Positions 10,597-20,723 of a stretch of 64,000 bases of DNA are shown here, in pieces (the first letter of the stretch is position 1; the number at the start of each line of letters is the position of its first letter). Location: the NCBI GenBank assembly GCA_965205425.1, contig CBDBGZ010000009.1, positions 768,001 through 832,000 on the forward strand. Direction: 5' to 3'. The stretch comes from Nitrosopumilus sp. (GTDB lineage Archaea; Thermoproteota; Nitrososphaeria; Nitrososphaerales; Nitrosopumilaceae). The position numbers were made by a program, and so were the translations under genes. A model generated the notes under the pieces. That model saw nothing but the letters and a program-made list of their open reading frames with translations, ran no database searches and was not told where the DNA came from.

Positions 10597-10884
10597 ATGT
10601 CAAAACAACAATACAGGTCCGAAATGGGCATAATGGGTGATATCTTAGACGTAACCGCTGATGGCGGTCGTGGTGGAGTCATTGTATCTGCAATCTCTCG
10701 CAAAGCCAACCTATCTCACTATGCAGTACTAGACAAATGTGAGAAACTGGTAGAAGCAGGCTTAGTCGAATCCGTCAAAAACGACAGAAATAGAGTCTTT
10801 TTGATAACTGAAAAAGGACTTCAGTTTTTCCAGGAATTCAAGAGATTTCAGGGACTCGTCGAAAGCATGAATCTAAGGTATTGA
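10597..10884 (+). CDS. Winged-helix transcription regulator (archaeal HTH_45 type)
   Basis: YRSEMGIMGDIL...ANLSH...ITEKG pattern. Confidence 0.85.
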   Translation: MSKQQYRSEMGIMGDILDVTADGGRGGVIVSAISRKANLSHYAVLDKCEKLVEAGLVESVKNDRNRVFLITEKGLQFFQEFKRFQGLVESMNLRY

Positions 10885-10888
10885 ACAT

Positions 10889-11929
10889 ATGAATCCCGTA
10901 ATCATACCAATTCATAGGAAAGAGTCTCTTCGAGAAGATGGAATGCTTTTTGTAAGGACTGATGGTATCCTCGATACAATGGTCAAAATACCTCTTTTGG
11001 TAGCAAGTATAATCATTGTTGCAGCCATTATGCCAATTCAGTCTTCATTCAGTTCTCCTAGAGTTTTAGATCTAATCGTTTATCCAGATGGAACAACTCA
11101 TGTTTCTGCAGAAATTGATATGGATCCATTAACTACTGATTACGAACTTGAATTATTCGGTAGTACAATTGATAATTTTGTTGCCGTAAGTGAAAATGAT
11201 TTTTTACTTGAGTCTGACGTTATTGGTAACTCAGCATTGATTGAAACTTTTGGTTCGTCTGTTATTTCTATACAATATGATATTCATGATTTAGTATCTA
11301 AACAAGGTAAAATTTGGACATTTTCTTTAGATACACCTTCTGATTTTACATTACTTTTACCAACAAATTCTGTAATAGTTAGCATGACAAATATTCCACT
11401 AAATTCTGAAATCATAAATCATCAAAATCGATTGACATTGTCTGGTGGTAATACCGAAATCGATTATCTTTTCAGTACAATACAAAATCCCCCAATCATT
11501 GTTGATCCAATTATCCCATCCGTTACGACTAATCCAACTGATCCAAATTATATAATCTATGCTGCAATTGCTGGTGTTGCAATTGCTGGTGCAGTTGGAA
11601 TTCTAGTAATTGCTAAAACAAAACAAAAAAATGAAACCCTTGAAGAAAAACAAACAATTCAAATTTCTTCAAATACTGAAACAATAGATACTGATACAAT
11701 TTTCAAACTAAAACCAGATATTCGTGAAGATGATAAAGAGATAGTGAAGTTTATCTCTGATAATGGAGGAGAAGTACTTGAAAGTGATTTGCGTAAAAAA
11801 TTCTTACAGCCAAGAACTACAATGTGGCGTGCAGTTAAACGATTAGAACGTCATGGTATTATTGAAATTGAAAAGAAAGACATGCAGAACCTAGTAAAAC
11901 TACGCAAGGATATGGAGCAAGAAGAATGA
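10889..11929 (+). CDS. Membrane-anchored protein with C-terminal wHTH
   Basis: Signal/TM, extracellular beta domain, TM, then ESDLRKK..PRTTMWRAVKRLE HTH. Confidence 0.8.
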   Translation: MNPVIIPIHRKESLREDGMLFVRTDGILDTMVKIPLLVASIIIVAAIMPIQSSFSSPRVLDLIVYPDGTTHVSAEIDMDPLTTDYELELFGSTIDNFVAVSENDFLLESDVIGNSALIETFGSSVISIQYDIHDLVSKQGKIWTFSLDTPSDFTLLLPTNSVIVSMTNIPLNSEIINHQNRLTLSGGNTEIDYLFSTIQNPPIIVDPIIPSVTTNPTDPNYIIYAAIAGVAIAGAVGILVIAKTKQKNETLEEKQTIQISSNTETIDTDTIFKLKPDIREDDKEIVKFISDNGGEVLESDLRKKFLQPRTTMWRAVKRLERHGIIEIEKKDMQNLVKLRKDMEQEE

Positions 11930-12741
11930 AAGCATTAGCATTATTTACAATATTTGTATTAATTTTTGGAACAGGATCTATTTCACTTACAAGTACTGCA
12001 TATGCACAAAATGATCCTTACATTTTATTACGTATTGCTACACAAGCTGATAATCAAATCTTTAAGCAATTAGATAGAATCTATGGTGATTCAATTCCTT
12101 CTGATATAGAAACATTATATCAAACAGGTCACATTGCAGTAGAATCATTAGAAAATTCTTTGCCTGATGATGTAGAAAATGCCAAAGAAAATTTCCTTAT
12201 CGCTATGAAAGCATTTAAACAAATTACAAGAATGATTTCTGAACCTACTGGAGAAACAAGAAATATTTCATCTGATGTACATGATAGAGATCTTCAAAGT
12301 GAACTAAAGAGATTACACAAATATTTTGAAAATATAAAGAAAATATCAGAAAAACATGATACAGGAATTGACTTATCTGATATTGAACAATTGTTTATTC
12401 AAGCACGTCAACAAATAAACAATGATGAAATTGAAGCAGCAAGTCAAACCATTGAACAATTAGAATCTCTTATTGAAATAATCAAACAAGATATTCGTGA
12501 TCATGCATCACATTCAACTTCTGATAGAAGTAAGAATTTTGCTTTAAAGCAATTAGACAGAATCAAGGATACATTAGATGAAGCTACATCTGTCAATCCT
12601 GATATGCCTGAAATTGAAGAGGCAAATTCTTTGATTCAAGAAATTGAAACTTTGCTTTCCGAAGACAATATTTCTGATGCAAAGAAAGAATTTAGAAAAT
12701 TGATTAAATTGGTAAATATTATCAAAGAATCGATTAGTTAG
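11926..12741 (+). CDS. Secreted helical hypothetical protein
   Basis: Signal peptide (AYA-Q) and helical repeats; ATGA overlap with the upstream gene. Confidence 0.75.
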   Translation: MKALALFTIFVLIFGTGSISLTSTAYAQNDPYILLRIATQADNQIFKQLDRIYGDSIPSDIETLYQTGHIAVESLENSLPDDVENAKENFLIAMKAFKQITRMISEPTGETRNISSDVHDRDLQSELKRLHKYFENIKKISEKHDTGIDLSDIEQLFIQARQQINNDEIEAASQTIEQLESLIEIIKQDIRDHASHSTSDRSKNFALKQLDRIKDTLDEATSVNPDMPEIEEANSLIQEIETLLSEDNISDAKKEFRKLIKLVNIIKESIS

Positions 12742-12775
12742 ATAGCATAAGCTTCATATACATTTTCTAAAGAAT

Positions 12776-12976
12776 TTGAACATGGCATCTAAAGCAATCA
12801 CTGTTTGTGTTGGGATACCCATGATTATTGTTGGTGCTTTGATGGCGTGGTTATGGGCTCCAATTGAAGGAGATCTTCAAAACCAAATAGAACTTGTAGG
12901 AAGTACAATTGGAATCTTAGGTGTGATATTCTTTATCTCTGGTTTGTTTTATACAAAAGAGCCAGTAATGCATTAG
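12776..12976 (+). CDS. Small 2-TM membrane protein
   Basis: Two hydrophobic helices. Confidence 0.65.
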   Translation: MNMASKAITVCVGIPMIIVGALMAWLWAPIEGDLQNQIELVGSTIGILGVIFFISGLFYTKEPVMH

Positions 12977-13017
12977 AAACTCATTGAATAAATAATGAAA
13001 AAAATTACGATTATTAC

Positions 13018-13731
13018 TTGAAAGTCAGATTATTTGAAATATTTACATCAGTTGAAGGTGAAGGGATTCTTTATGGAACAAAGACTCTTTTTGTGAGACT
13101 GGCAGGATGTCCGTTTACTTGTTTTTATTGTGATACAAAAGAATCTCTTCCACTTGATTCTGGAACAGAGTATTCTATTGATGATGCTAATCAGTTAATT
13201 GATTCTAATTTGAAAAATCAAACTTACAAAGTAAACTTTACAGGTGGTGATCCGCTAATCCAACATGAAGCAGTTGCATTACTTGCAAAACATATTCAAG
13301 ATAAAAAAATTCCAACATACCTTGAATCATCATGTTTTGATATTGACAGGTTTAATCATGTTTTACCTTTTATCGATATTGTTAAAATTGAATTTAAAAC
13401 AAAAGATTCAGATTTTGTTGATTCAAAACACTATGAAAAATTAATTGGTCACACAATGAAATGTTTAGAATCATCTGTAAAATCAAAGAAAACAACATAC
13501 ATCAAGATAGTAGTAAGTTCAAAAACTCAACCTAATGAATTTTCAAATTTAGTAAAAGAAATTTTCAATATTGTATCTAAAGATGACATTGATGGATTTA
13601 TCATCCAACCCACATATGGAATATCAGAACCATCATTAAATTTGTTATTGGAATTATACGATTTAGTATATCCTAATTACATTGATGTTAAAGTGGTACC
13701 ACAATTACACAAATTTATTGGTGCTCCATAA
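13018..13731 (+). CDS. queE: 7-carboxy-7-deazaguanine synthase (radical SAM)
   Basis: EIFTSVEGEG, CPFTCFYCDT, TGGDP, PQLHK. Confidence 0.92.
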   Translation: MKVRLFEIFTSVEGEGILYGTKTLFVRLAGCPFTCFYCDTKESLPLDSGTEYSIDDANQLIDSNLKNQTYKVNFTGGDPLIQHEAVALLAKHIQDKKIPTYLESSCFDIDRFNHVLPFIDIVKIEFKTKDSDFVDSKHYEKLIGHTMKCLESSVKSKKTTYIKIVVSSKTQPNEFSNLVKEIFNIVSKDDIDGFIIQPTYGISEPSLNLLLELYDLVYPNYIDVKVVPQLHKFIGAP

Positions 13732-13795
13732 AATTAACACCTGCCTAATAATCTGCTTAGGTTCAAATACTAGAAAACTTCTGTGAGATCATAAA

Positions 13796-14353
13796 ATGGA
13801 CCAAGAACGTGTAAAAAAACTTGTTAGAGAATTAATCATAGAAGTTGGAGAAGATCCTACACGTGAGGGTTTACGTGAAACTCCAGAAAGAATTGCAAAT
13901 ATGTACAAAGAAATCTTTGGAGGATATGATTCTGATTCAGAATTATCAGTACAATTCTCAGAAGACTCTGACGTAGTTATTGCTCGTGATATTCAGTTTT
14001 ATTCAATGTGTGAACACCACATGTTACCATTTTTTGGGAAAATTCACATCGCTTATTCACCAAATGGTAGAGTATTTGGTATTTCAAAACTTGTCAGACT
14101 AGTTGAAAAATATTCAAAAAGACTTCAAATCCAAGAACGATTAACCAAAAATATTGCTGATGAACTCCATTCTCAAGGAGTAAAGGGAGTTGTAGTTTTG
14201 GCTGATGCTGAACATCTTTGTATGAAAATGCGTGGTGTCAAAAATGACGCAAAACTTTCTTCATCAGCATTTAGAGGAATCTATGAAAATAAAGAGGAAA
14301 AAGCAGGAATAATGTCACTAATTAGACAACGTGGCTCAGATTTGTCGTTATAG
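13796..14353 (+). CDS. folE: GTP cyclohydrolase I
   Basis: TPERIA, SMCEHHMLPF, GISKLVR, QIQER, HLCMKMRG. Confidence 0.97.
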   Translation: MDQERVKKLVRELIIEVGEDPTREGLRETPERIANMYKEIFGGYDSDSELSVQFSEDSDVVIARDIQFYSMCEHHMLPFFGKIHIAYSPNGRVFGISKLVRLVEKYSKRLQIQERLTKNIADELHSQGVKGVVVLADAEHLCMKMRGVKNDAKLSSSAFRGIYENKEEKAGIMSLIRQRGSDLSL

Positions 14354-14396
14354 ACAATACTGAAAAATTAAATAATCAATATTTTTCATCACAATC

Positions 14397-14648
14397 ATGG
14401 GAGCAAATCCATACATCCACATTCCAAAAGAATCATTTCCAAATTGGATTTGGTATACAATTGAATGTGTTATAGTTATTGCAATTTCTATGCTCACATC
14501 AAGTAAAATCACTGATTCAATTGAAGGACTAAACCCTGAAGTACAAAACTATGTGTTTATGGGAATTGTAGGCGCATTCTTTTTAATTTGGTATATTGGA
14601 ATCAGAGGAATAATTCTAAAAAAGAAAATTCTAAAGAACAGCTACTAA
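14397..14648 (+). CDS. Small membrane protein
   Basis: 2 TM segments. Confidence 0.65.
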   Translation: MGANPYIHIPKESFPNWIWYTIECVIVIAISMLTSSKITDSIEGLNPEVQNYVFMGIVGAFFLIWYIGIRGIILKKKILKNSY

Positions 14649-14650
14649 AA

Positions 14651-15325
14651 TCATTTTAGATATTTTGTTTTATCTATAATTCCAGCTTTTTCAAATGCAA
14701 TTTTTCTGTTGTTACAGGATTCACAAACTCCACAATGATATTTTTTATTTGAATAACAACTCCATGTTTTGAATATAGAATCACCTAAAACTTTGATTCC
14801 TGATTTCAATAAATCACTTTTTGATAAACCTTTACGATATGGAGACCAAATTTCTATATTTTTTCGTAATTTTGATTTAATCCCGTCAATCTCTCCTTGA
14901 TTAAATGCAGTTTCTAGTTTTTTTGCAAAAGCTGGTCTGCAATCAGGATAGTATTTGTCTCCAGTATGGGCACCATATACTACCAATGATGCATTTAATG
15001 TAAAAGCCCAAGCTGATGCAATTGATAGAAAAACTGCATTTCTAATTGGTACAACAATTGAATATTCAAACTTGCTAGGAATTTTTCTCTTGGAACTTGT
15101 TAAAACATTAGAATTTCCGTATAATTCTTTCATAAAACCAATATCAATAATTCTATGTTGTTTTAATCCTAATTTTTTTGCAAACGATTTTGCAGCTGCA
15201 ATCTCGCTATTTGCTTTTTGTCCATATGAAAATGTAATTCCATACAACTCATATTTTGATTTCAAATATGATACAGCACAAACAGAATCAATTCCTCCAC
15301 TAAAAACAATGACTGCTTTTTTCAT
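14651..15325 (-). CDS. queC: 7-cyano-7-deazaguanine synthase
   Basis: FSGGIDS, YGQ, VPIRN, YPDCRP, TWSCY..CGVCESC; start MKKAVIV at 15325. Confidence 0.95.
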   Translation of the reverse strand: MKKAVIVFSGGIDSVCAVSYLKSKYELYGITFSYGQKANSEIAAAKSFAKKLGLKQHRIIDIGFMKELYGNSNVLTSSKRKIPSKFEYSIVVPIRNAVFLSIASAWAFTLNASLVVYGAHTGDKYYPDCRPAFAKKLETAFNQGEIDGIKSKLRKNIEIWSPYRKGLSKSDLLKSGIKVLGDSIFKTWSCYSNKKYHCGVCESCNNRKIAFEKAGIIDKTKYLK

Positions 15326-15335
15326 ACCATATTCT

Positions 15336-16259
15336 CTATTTTCTCTTATCTGCTGCACCTTTACTAGGTTTACAAATAACTGTTTGACATTTTGTATTTG
15401 CAGTTGCAAATCCTTTTGACATAGCCAAACTAATTTTTTTCAAATCAGATGTACTCTTTGAAAATGCTATGATTGATGGACCTGCACCACTAATCGTAAC
15501 TCCTAATGCGCCAGCCTTAATAGCATTTTTTTTAACTTTAGAAAAACTTGGAATCATATGTTTTCTGGCAGGCTCAACAATCACATCCTTTATTGAATTC
15601 CCTATCAATTCTGGATCTTTTTTCATAAATCCTGCTACAATTGTTGAAGCATTTGATAAATTCAAAATACTATCAGTTAACTTGATGTTTTTTGGAATTA
15701 CTCCTCTTGATACTTTGGTTTTTTTCTTTGGAACATCAATTGTTGGGACTGCAACACACATTCTAAGATTAGAAGGTGGTTCAATTCTAACAACATCCAA
15801 GGGATTTGTTCTTACTATTACAAAACCTCCTAGAACAGAAGCTGCAACATTATCATAATGAACTGTTCCTGCACTAGCTTTTTCTCCAGACCCTGCAAAT
15901 TCTACCAATGAATTTCCATCAAGTTTTAATCCAAATAGCTTATCAAATGCAACTGCAGCTGCTGCAGCTGATGCTGCACTACTCCCCATTCCAAATCCTG
16001 CGGGGATTCCCTTTTTAATTTTAATTTCTATTCCCTTTTTAATTTTTAATTTCTTTTTCATATTCTTTACAACTAATCCTGCTGTATTTTTTTCAGGATT
16101 TGTAGGAATGTTATCATCTGTAACTATCTTGATACCACTTTTTATCTTGGTTAGTGTAACTGTATCATAAAATGCATCTACTGCTAATCCAAATACATCA
16201 AAACCTGGACCAAGATTTGCAGTTGAAGAAGGCGCTTTTACTGTAACTTTTGATACCAT
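15336..16259 (-). CDS. thrB: Homoserine kinase
   Basis: SSTANLGPGFD, GMGSSAAS, HYDNVA, ISGAGPS. Confidence 0.96.
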   Translation of the reverse strand: MVSKVTVKAPSSTANLGPGFDVFGLAVDAFYDTVTLTKIKSGIKIVTDDNIPTNPEKNTAGLVVKNMKKKLKIKKGIEIKIKKGIPAGFGMGSSAASAAAAAVAFDKLFGLKLDGNSLVEFAGSGEKASAGTVHYDNVAASVLGGFVIVRTNPLDVVRIEPPSNLRMCVAVPTIDVPKKKTKVSRGVIPKNIKLTDSILNLSNASTIVAGFMKKDPELIGNSIKDVIVEPARKHMIPSFSKVKKNAIKAGALGVTISGAGPSIIAFSKSTSDLKKISLAMSKGFATANTKCQTVICKPSKGAADKRK

Positions 16260-17018
16260 CTAATCTTCTACCTCCTCGCCCAAATTAAGAATTCTACTCA
16301 AAGCACCTTCAAGATTCACAAGACCATCTCCAGTCACATTTGATATTGGAATTAATCCTTGTGCAAATCCCCCTAAATTCAATCCTCGTAAAATATTCGT
16401 AGTTAAAGTATACGTATCCCCATCTGTATCTTTGGAGATAGCATTCTCCAAAGTTTTCAAATTTGTAGACCATTGCAAAATATCTTTTAATTTATCACCA
16501 ATTAGATCTGTTTTAGTTAGCACATTAACTGTTGGCAAATTTAATCTCAATCTTATTGATGTTGCAAGTAGTGCAATTGAAACAAAATTCACTGGAGTAT
16601 TGATTAATGCACCATCAAAAAGAAATATGCTTGTTTTTTCTTCTGATGTAAGATTTTCTATAATAAAACGTCCACTAGAGCGATATGCAAATAATTCAAT
16701 TTGACCAGGTGTATCTACTATAAGATAATCGGGATTTACTTTGTTCACATCATTTTGAATTTCATCAATTTTTGATGCAATCAAATCATTTGCCATTACC
16801 ATGGCCCCATTTGGACCTAAATCATATTGTTGCATTATTGATACATAATCTACATAATCTCTAACATCCACATCACAAGTATACGCTAAATTTTCTACCC
16901 CTGGATCTAAATTCAATACAGCAGCAAATGTTCCATTCTTTGTATAATACTCGTGTAGCTTTGATGAAAGTAATGACTTTCCTGAACCTGCAGTACCTGA
17001 AACAAAAATTGTTTTCAA
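16260..17018 (-). CDS. GPN-loop GTPase
   Basis: GTAGSGKS, NLDP, LGPNGA, DTPGQIE. Confidence 0.93.
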   Translation of the reverse strand: MKTIFVSGTAGSGKSLLSSKLHEYYTKNGTFAAVLNLDPGVENLAYTCDVDVRDYVDYVSIMQQYDLGPNGAMVMANDLIASKIDEIQNDVNKVNPDYLIVDTPGQIELFAYRSSGRFIIENLTSEEKTSIFLFDGALINTPVNFVSIALLATSIRLRLNLPTVNVLTKTDLIGDKLKDILQWSTNLKTLENAISKDTDGDTYTLTTNILRGLNLGGFAQGLIPISNVTGDGLVNLEGALSRILNLGEEVED

Positions 17019-17156
17019 TCCGTCTAGTTTTCTCTATTTGCTTATATTTCAAACTAGCTCGTTTTATTAGATTTTTTCTTTGAAACTTCCAAATTGGCAT
17101 TCTAAATTAGAGAAAAATTCCACCTTATCTTTAATTGATTTACTTATACTTCATCT

Positions 17157-17351
17157 ATGAGTCAAAGCACATTAGAAAAAGAAGCTTATCTGAAAGACTT
17201 GGTAGAAAAACTGCTCAAAGATAGAAATCTTTCAGATTTTGAAATGCTAGATAATCTATTTGAAGAAATTAAACAAGAATTACAAAATATTAAAACTACA
17301 GATAAGAAATCATCACTCAGCACATTTTTTGAGGAGAATAAAACAAAATGA
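17157..17351 (+). CDS. Hypothetical protein
   Basis: 64-aa charged helical ORF. Confidence 0.5.
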   Translation: MSQSTLEKEAYLKDLVEKLLKDRNLSDFEMLDNLFEEIKQELQNIKTTDKKSSLSTFFEENKTK

Positions 17352-17558
17352 GTGCAGATCTTAGAGATACAGAACAAGAACTCATTTTTGAGCTTGCAGT
17401 AAAGACTGACAAGTTTATGAAAAAACTCAAGGAATCTGCAAAAAAGAATCGAGTACAAATGTGACTCAAATCAAATAAATCTACAAATCCTACCTAATTC
17501 CCATGCCTAAATCTAGGCATAAATTTTCTCTGACTGGAAATTTACTCAACTTTCATAT

Positions 17559-18599
17559 TTGATTCCTAAAAAAAATTATCAAATGAACTGGAGATTAATC
17601 GCTATTCCTATCACATTAATTCCTATTTTCATTATTGCTATTCAATTTGATATTCAAATTGAAGACGTACTTGCAATTGGACTATTTCCATTTGTTGGCG
17701 CAATTGTTGCCATGATGATCAAATTGGGTCTTCAAGGAGTTAAATTTGCATATATTACACGAAAATATCTTGGTAACTTTGATTCATTTTTTAAATTAGT
17801 TGGAGTTAGAGTTGGTAGTGAATTTATTAAATTTACAACTCCAATGTTTATTGGAGCCGAATTTGTTGTAATTTATTATCTGCATAAGAAAGGTGCAAAA
17901 CCTGCAAAATCTGCATGGATTGCAATAATGGATATTGTAACTGAAGTATTTGCAGCAGGTTTACTTTCTATTATGGCAGGAATAATTGCATTACTTAGTG
18001 GTGCATATGTGGTTGCAGCAGTTATCTTGGCTACTAGTATTATAATTACATCTTTGTGGATGGTAATGTTCTTCCTTTCCTCCAAACATACTTTCCAAGT
18101 TCCTAAAGTGTTAGAAAACCTTGCAACAAGATTTGGAAAAGAAAAGGGATCTAAAGCCATAGACAAAACAAACACTTGGATGGAAGAAGTATGTACTATG
18201 AGCCGAGAAAACCTAAAAACTTCTGAATCTAAAAAAATCTTTGTTGTTTCATTCTTGTTTTCATTAGTATCTTGGTCATTTTATGGAATCTCCTTTATGA
18301 TTATTGCAATGGGAACTGACTTTACAATTAATGCATTTGATTCTATCATGGCAGTTATGGGTGCAAATGCAATTGGAAATTTGCCAATTACTATAGGCGG
18401 ATCTGGTCTTGCAGAATTTGGAATCATTGCATATTTGAATAATTTAGATCCATTTGCATTTGAAATTACAGAGGGAGTTGTAGGTTGGGATGCAGTAATT
18501 GGTTGGAGAATTGCAACATATTATGTTCCAATTGTGATTACATGGTTACTTTTAGTTAAATTAGCCTTGAGTAAGATACCAAAATCCCAGTCTTCATAG
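17559..18599 (+). CDS. Lysylphosphatidylglycerol synthase TM-region (UPF0104, flippase-like) protein
   Basis: Multi-TM; TP..GAE, P.T.GGSGLAE and WRIATYY motifs. Confidence 0.85.
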   Translation: MIPKKNYQMNWRLIAIPITLIPIFIIAIQFDIQIEDVLAIGLFPFVGAIVAMMIKLGLQGVKFAYITRKYLGNFDSFFKLVGVRVGSEFIKFTTPMFIGAEFVVIYYLHKKGAKPAKSAWIAIMDIVTEVFAAGLLSIMAGIIALLSGAYVVAAVILATSIIITSLWMVMFFLSSKHTFQVPKVLENLATRFGKEKGSKAIDKTNTWMEEVCTMSRENLKTSESKKIFVVSFLFSLVSWSFYGISFMIIAMGTDFTINAFDSIMAVMGANAIGNLPITIGGSGLAEFGIIAYLNNLDPFAFEITEGVVGWDAVIGWRIATYYVPIVITWLLLVKLALSKIPKSQSS

Positions 18600-18611
18600 A
18601 AACCACTCTAT
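18596..18611 (+). repeat. attL candidate
   Basis: ATAGAAACCACTCTAT; overlaps the stop codon of the upstream gene; 15/16 identical to 43033..43048. Confidence 0.8.
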
Positions 18612-18671
18612 ATATAATATATATATCATATAAATTATAACTATTATATATGATGTGTAATAATATGGTCT

Positions 18672-19814
18672 ATGTCTCTTAAAGTTTTAGATAAATCATT
18701 AGAAGATTATTTAACATCAGTTTTCATCATATCTCACAGTCATAGTACAGTCAGTTCCTATCGTTTAGCTATTACAAATAAACACAAAACAGGATTTAGA
18801 GAATTTTTATCACAAAAATATTCTATTGATGAATTTGAATTTGTTGAGAAAGTAAATAATGAATCTCTAGATGTTTACAAAATTCTAAATGAATATGTTG
18901 TATTTCTTGATTCTAATAATTACAAACCAAAATCAATAATGAGTAGAATGGCTGCTGTTAAAGGATATCTTAGAAATTTGGGTTTAAGATTTAATTCTGA
19001 AGATTACAAACAAATGGTTCGTATTCCACGAATAATTAGACAGAGAGAAGAACCTGTAACCAAAGAATTAATTGCAAAATTACAAAGAAATCTACCTCCC
19101 AAACTACAAACCATTGTTTTAGTTCTTTCATCTAGTGGAATAAGATTAGATGAATTAGTACAATTAGAATTAGATGATATTGATTTCACAACTCATCCGA
19201 CTACAATTAGTTTACGAGCAGAAACTACAAAAACTAAAACTGAAAGAGAAACATTTCTTACAACAGAAGCTACCAATTCCCTAAGAGAATACCTCTCAAG
19301 ATCTTTTGAATGGAATGAAAATAGCAAAAATCTTCATCTAAAAGAAATCAAAATCTTTGGAAGAACATCAAAAATGAAGAATCTAAAACGAAAATCAAAT
19401 CCAAAACAACCTCCACATCTTCATGCCGAAAGTTTACTACATGGAAGTTTCAGATATTTCCTTGAAAAAAATCCTGAACTTGATTCTAGGAATAAAAATG
19501 GCAGAAAGGTAGTTCATTTTCATGCATTTAGAAAGTTTTTCAGAACTACAGTTGGAAATGTTTGTGGAAGAGACTTTGCTGAAGAATTAATGGGTCATGG
19601 ATTCTATATGGATACGTACTATCAACTATCTACTGAAAAAAGACAAAAAATGTATCTAGAAGCAGAACCTCATCTTACAATCTCTGATTTTAAAGAAGTT
19701 GAGAAGAATTTAAAAACACTATCCATGAAATATGCAGAATTAGAAGCAAAGTTCAACGAGTTTAAACTACAATCAAGAGATAACAGTCTTCAAGTTCCAG
19801 AATTTATGAAATGA
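18672..19814 (+). CDS. Tyrosine recombinase/integrase
   Basis: Catalytic residues present: SSGIR, TKTK, HAFRK, LMGH, DTYY. Confidence 0.95.
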   Translation: MSLKVLDKSLEDYLTSVFIISHSHSTVSSYRLAITNKHKTGFREFLSQKYSIDEFEFVEKVNNESLDVYKILNEYVVFLDSNNYKPKSIMSRMAAVKGYLRNLGLRFNSEDYKQMVRIPRIIRQREEPVTKELIAKLQRNLPPKLQTIVLVLSSSGIRLDELVQLELDDIDFTTHPTTISLRAETTKTKTERETFLTTEATNSLREYLSRSFEWNENSKNLHLKEIKIFGRTSKMKNLKRKSNPKQPPHLHAESLLHGSFRYFLEKNPELDSRNKNGRKVVHFHAFRKFFRTTVGNVCGRDFAEELMGHGFYMDTYYQLSTEKRQKMYLEAEPHLTISDFKEVEKNLKTLSMKYAELEAKFNEFKLQSRDNSLQVPEFMK

Positions 19815-20134
19815 TTACAAGAGAAGAGATTATTCAAATTCTTCGCAAGCGTGAAGCACGTCTTGAAAAATGGCTATCTGAAAAACCAGATAAAAAATCT
19901 GTATTACAATTAAAGCAAGATTTCAAAAAATGGAGTAAAGATATTGATGATTCAACTAGACTAGCTCAAGAAAATGATCCATTATTTCCTAAAGATAGCT
20001 TGAATTCATCATATACATTCATGAACATGTTTGGCGCTACATTTGCAAATTATGTGGTTGCAATACATTACATCAAAAAATTAGAAGAAGAATTAAAGAA
20101 ATTAAATAAAAAAACAAAAAAATCTAAATTTTAA
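19811..20134 (+). CDS. Hypothetical protein coupled to the integrase
   Basis: ATGA overlap with the integrase stop. Confidence 0.65.
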   Translation: MITREEIIQILRKREARLEKWLSEKPDKKSVLQLKQDFKKWSKDIDDSTRLAQENDPLFPKDSLNSSYTFMNMFGATFANYVVAIHYIKKLEEELKKLNKKTKKSKF

Positions 20135-20288
20135 AATCCTTTCTCCAATATTGATTCAGATTTGCTCCATTCCATGAAAACATCTCTAAAAGGAACAAAC
20201 ATCCTCTACAAACACCAAATTCTACCCAAATTCCATTCCTAGATGTGTTCTTGTGAGGAATTTCACAGATTTTACATCTCATTGCCAT
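20124..20288 (-). CDS. Zn-finger microprotein (54 aa)
   Basis: Manual translation MAMRCKICEIPH...GVCRGCLFLLE...; below the ORF-track length cutoff. Confidence 0.55.
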   Translation of the reverse strand: MAMRCKICEIPHKNTSRNGIWVEFGVCRGCLFLLEMFSWNGANLNQYWRKDFKI

Positions 20289-20416
20289 TCATTCCTACAA
20301 TTCTCACAATACCAACAAAAGATTGGTTTTGATTTTGGTTTAATTTGAGATACATTTGGTGCAATTAAAAATATACTAGTATCTTCACTGTTACAATTAG
20401 GACACACTTTACTCAT
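20279..20416 (-). CDS. Zn-ribbon microprotein (45 aa)
   Basis: MSKVCPNCNSEDTSIFLIAPNVSQIKPKSKPIFCWYCENCRNEWQ. Confidence 0.6.
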   Translation of the reverse strand: MSKVCPNCNSEDTSIFLIAPNVSQIKPKSKPIFCWYCENCRNEWQ

Positions 20417-20504
20417 TTTGATTTCTCCTACAATTATTACATAATTTATCACCTGTTCTGATCAGTACTTTTAGATTACATACTTTGCAATAACGTAGTG
20501 TCAT
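20409..20504 (-). CDS. Zn-finger microprotein (31 aa)
   Basis: MTLRYCKVCNLKVLIRTGDKLCNNCRRNQNE; AGGA upstream; overlaps the next start. Confidence 0.5.
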   Translation of the reverse strand: MTLRYCKVCNLKVLIRTGDKLCNNCRRNQNE

Positions 20505-20518
20505 CCATTCCTTTCTTC

Positions 20519-20722
20519 TTAACAATCTGAATCCTCCAGCATATGTTCATTGTATCTTTCTTGAAGTTTTGATAGAATATGTTGTTGTTCTAATATTGTT
20601 TCTTCAAAAATCCTGATTTTCCCTCTATAGCAATCTAATTCTGCTTCCATTTTTTGGATTTCATGTTCTACATTTGCAATATCAATACGTTTTGGTAATG
20701 TCTTTCTTAATTGACCATGCAT
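20519..20722 (-). CDS. Small coiled-coil protein
   Basis: 67-aa ORF in a tightly packed operon. Confidence 0.6.
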   Translation of the reverse strand: MHGQLRKTLPKRIDIANVEHEIQKMEAELDCYRGKIRIFEETILEQQHILSKLQERYNEHMLEDSDC

Positions 20723-20723
20723 C

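Noticed and set aside
13018..15325. queE/folE/queC near a DpdJ/K-like helicase-PLD gene, suggesting a Dpd 7-deazaguanine DNA modification system
   Set aside because: These genes lie outside attL among housekeeping genes, are explained by archaeosine (preQ0) synthesis, and no DpdA/TGT-like gene is visible in the element.
18608..18650. (TA)n-rich tract beside attL as a functional repeat
   Set aside because: Low complexity; cannot be distinguished from an AT-rich integrase promoter region.
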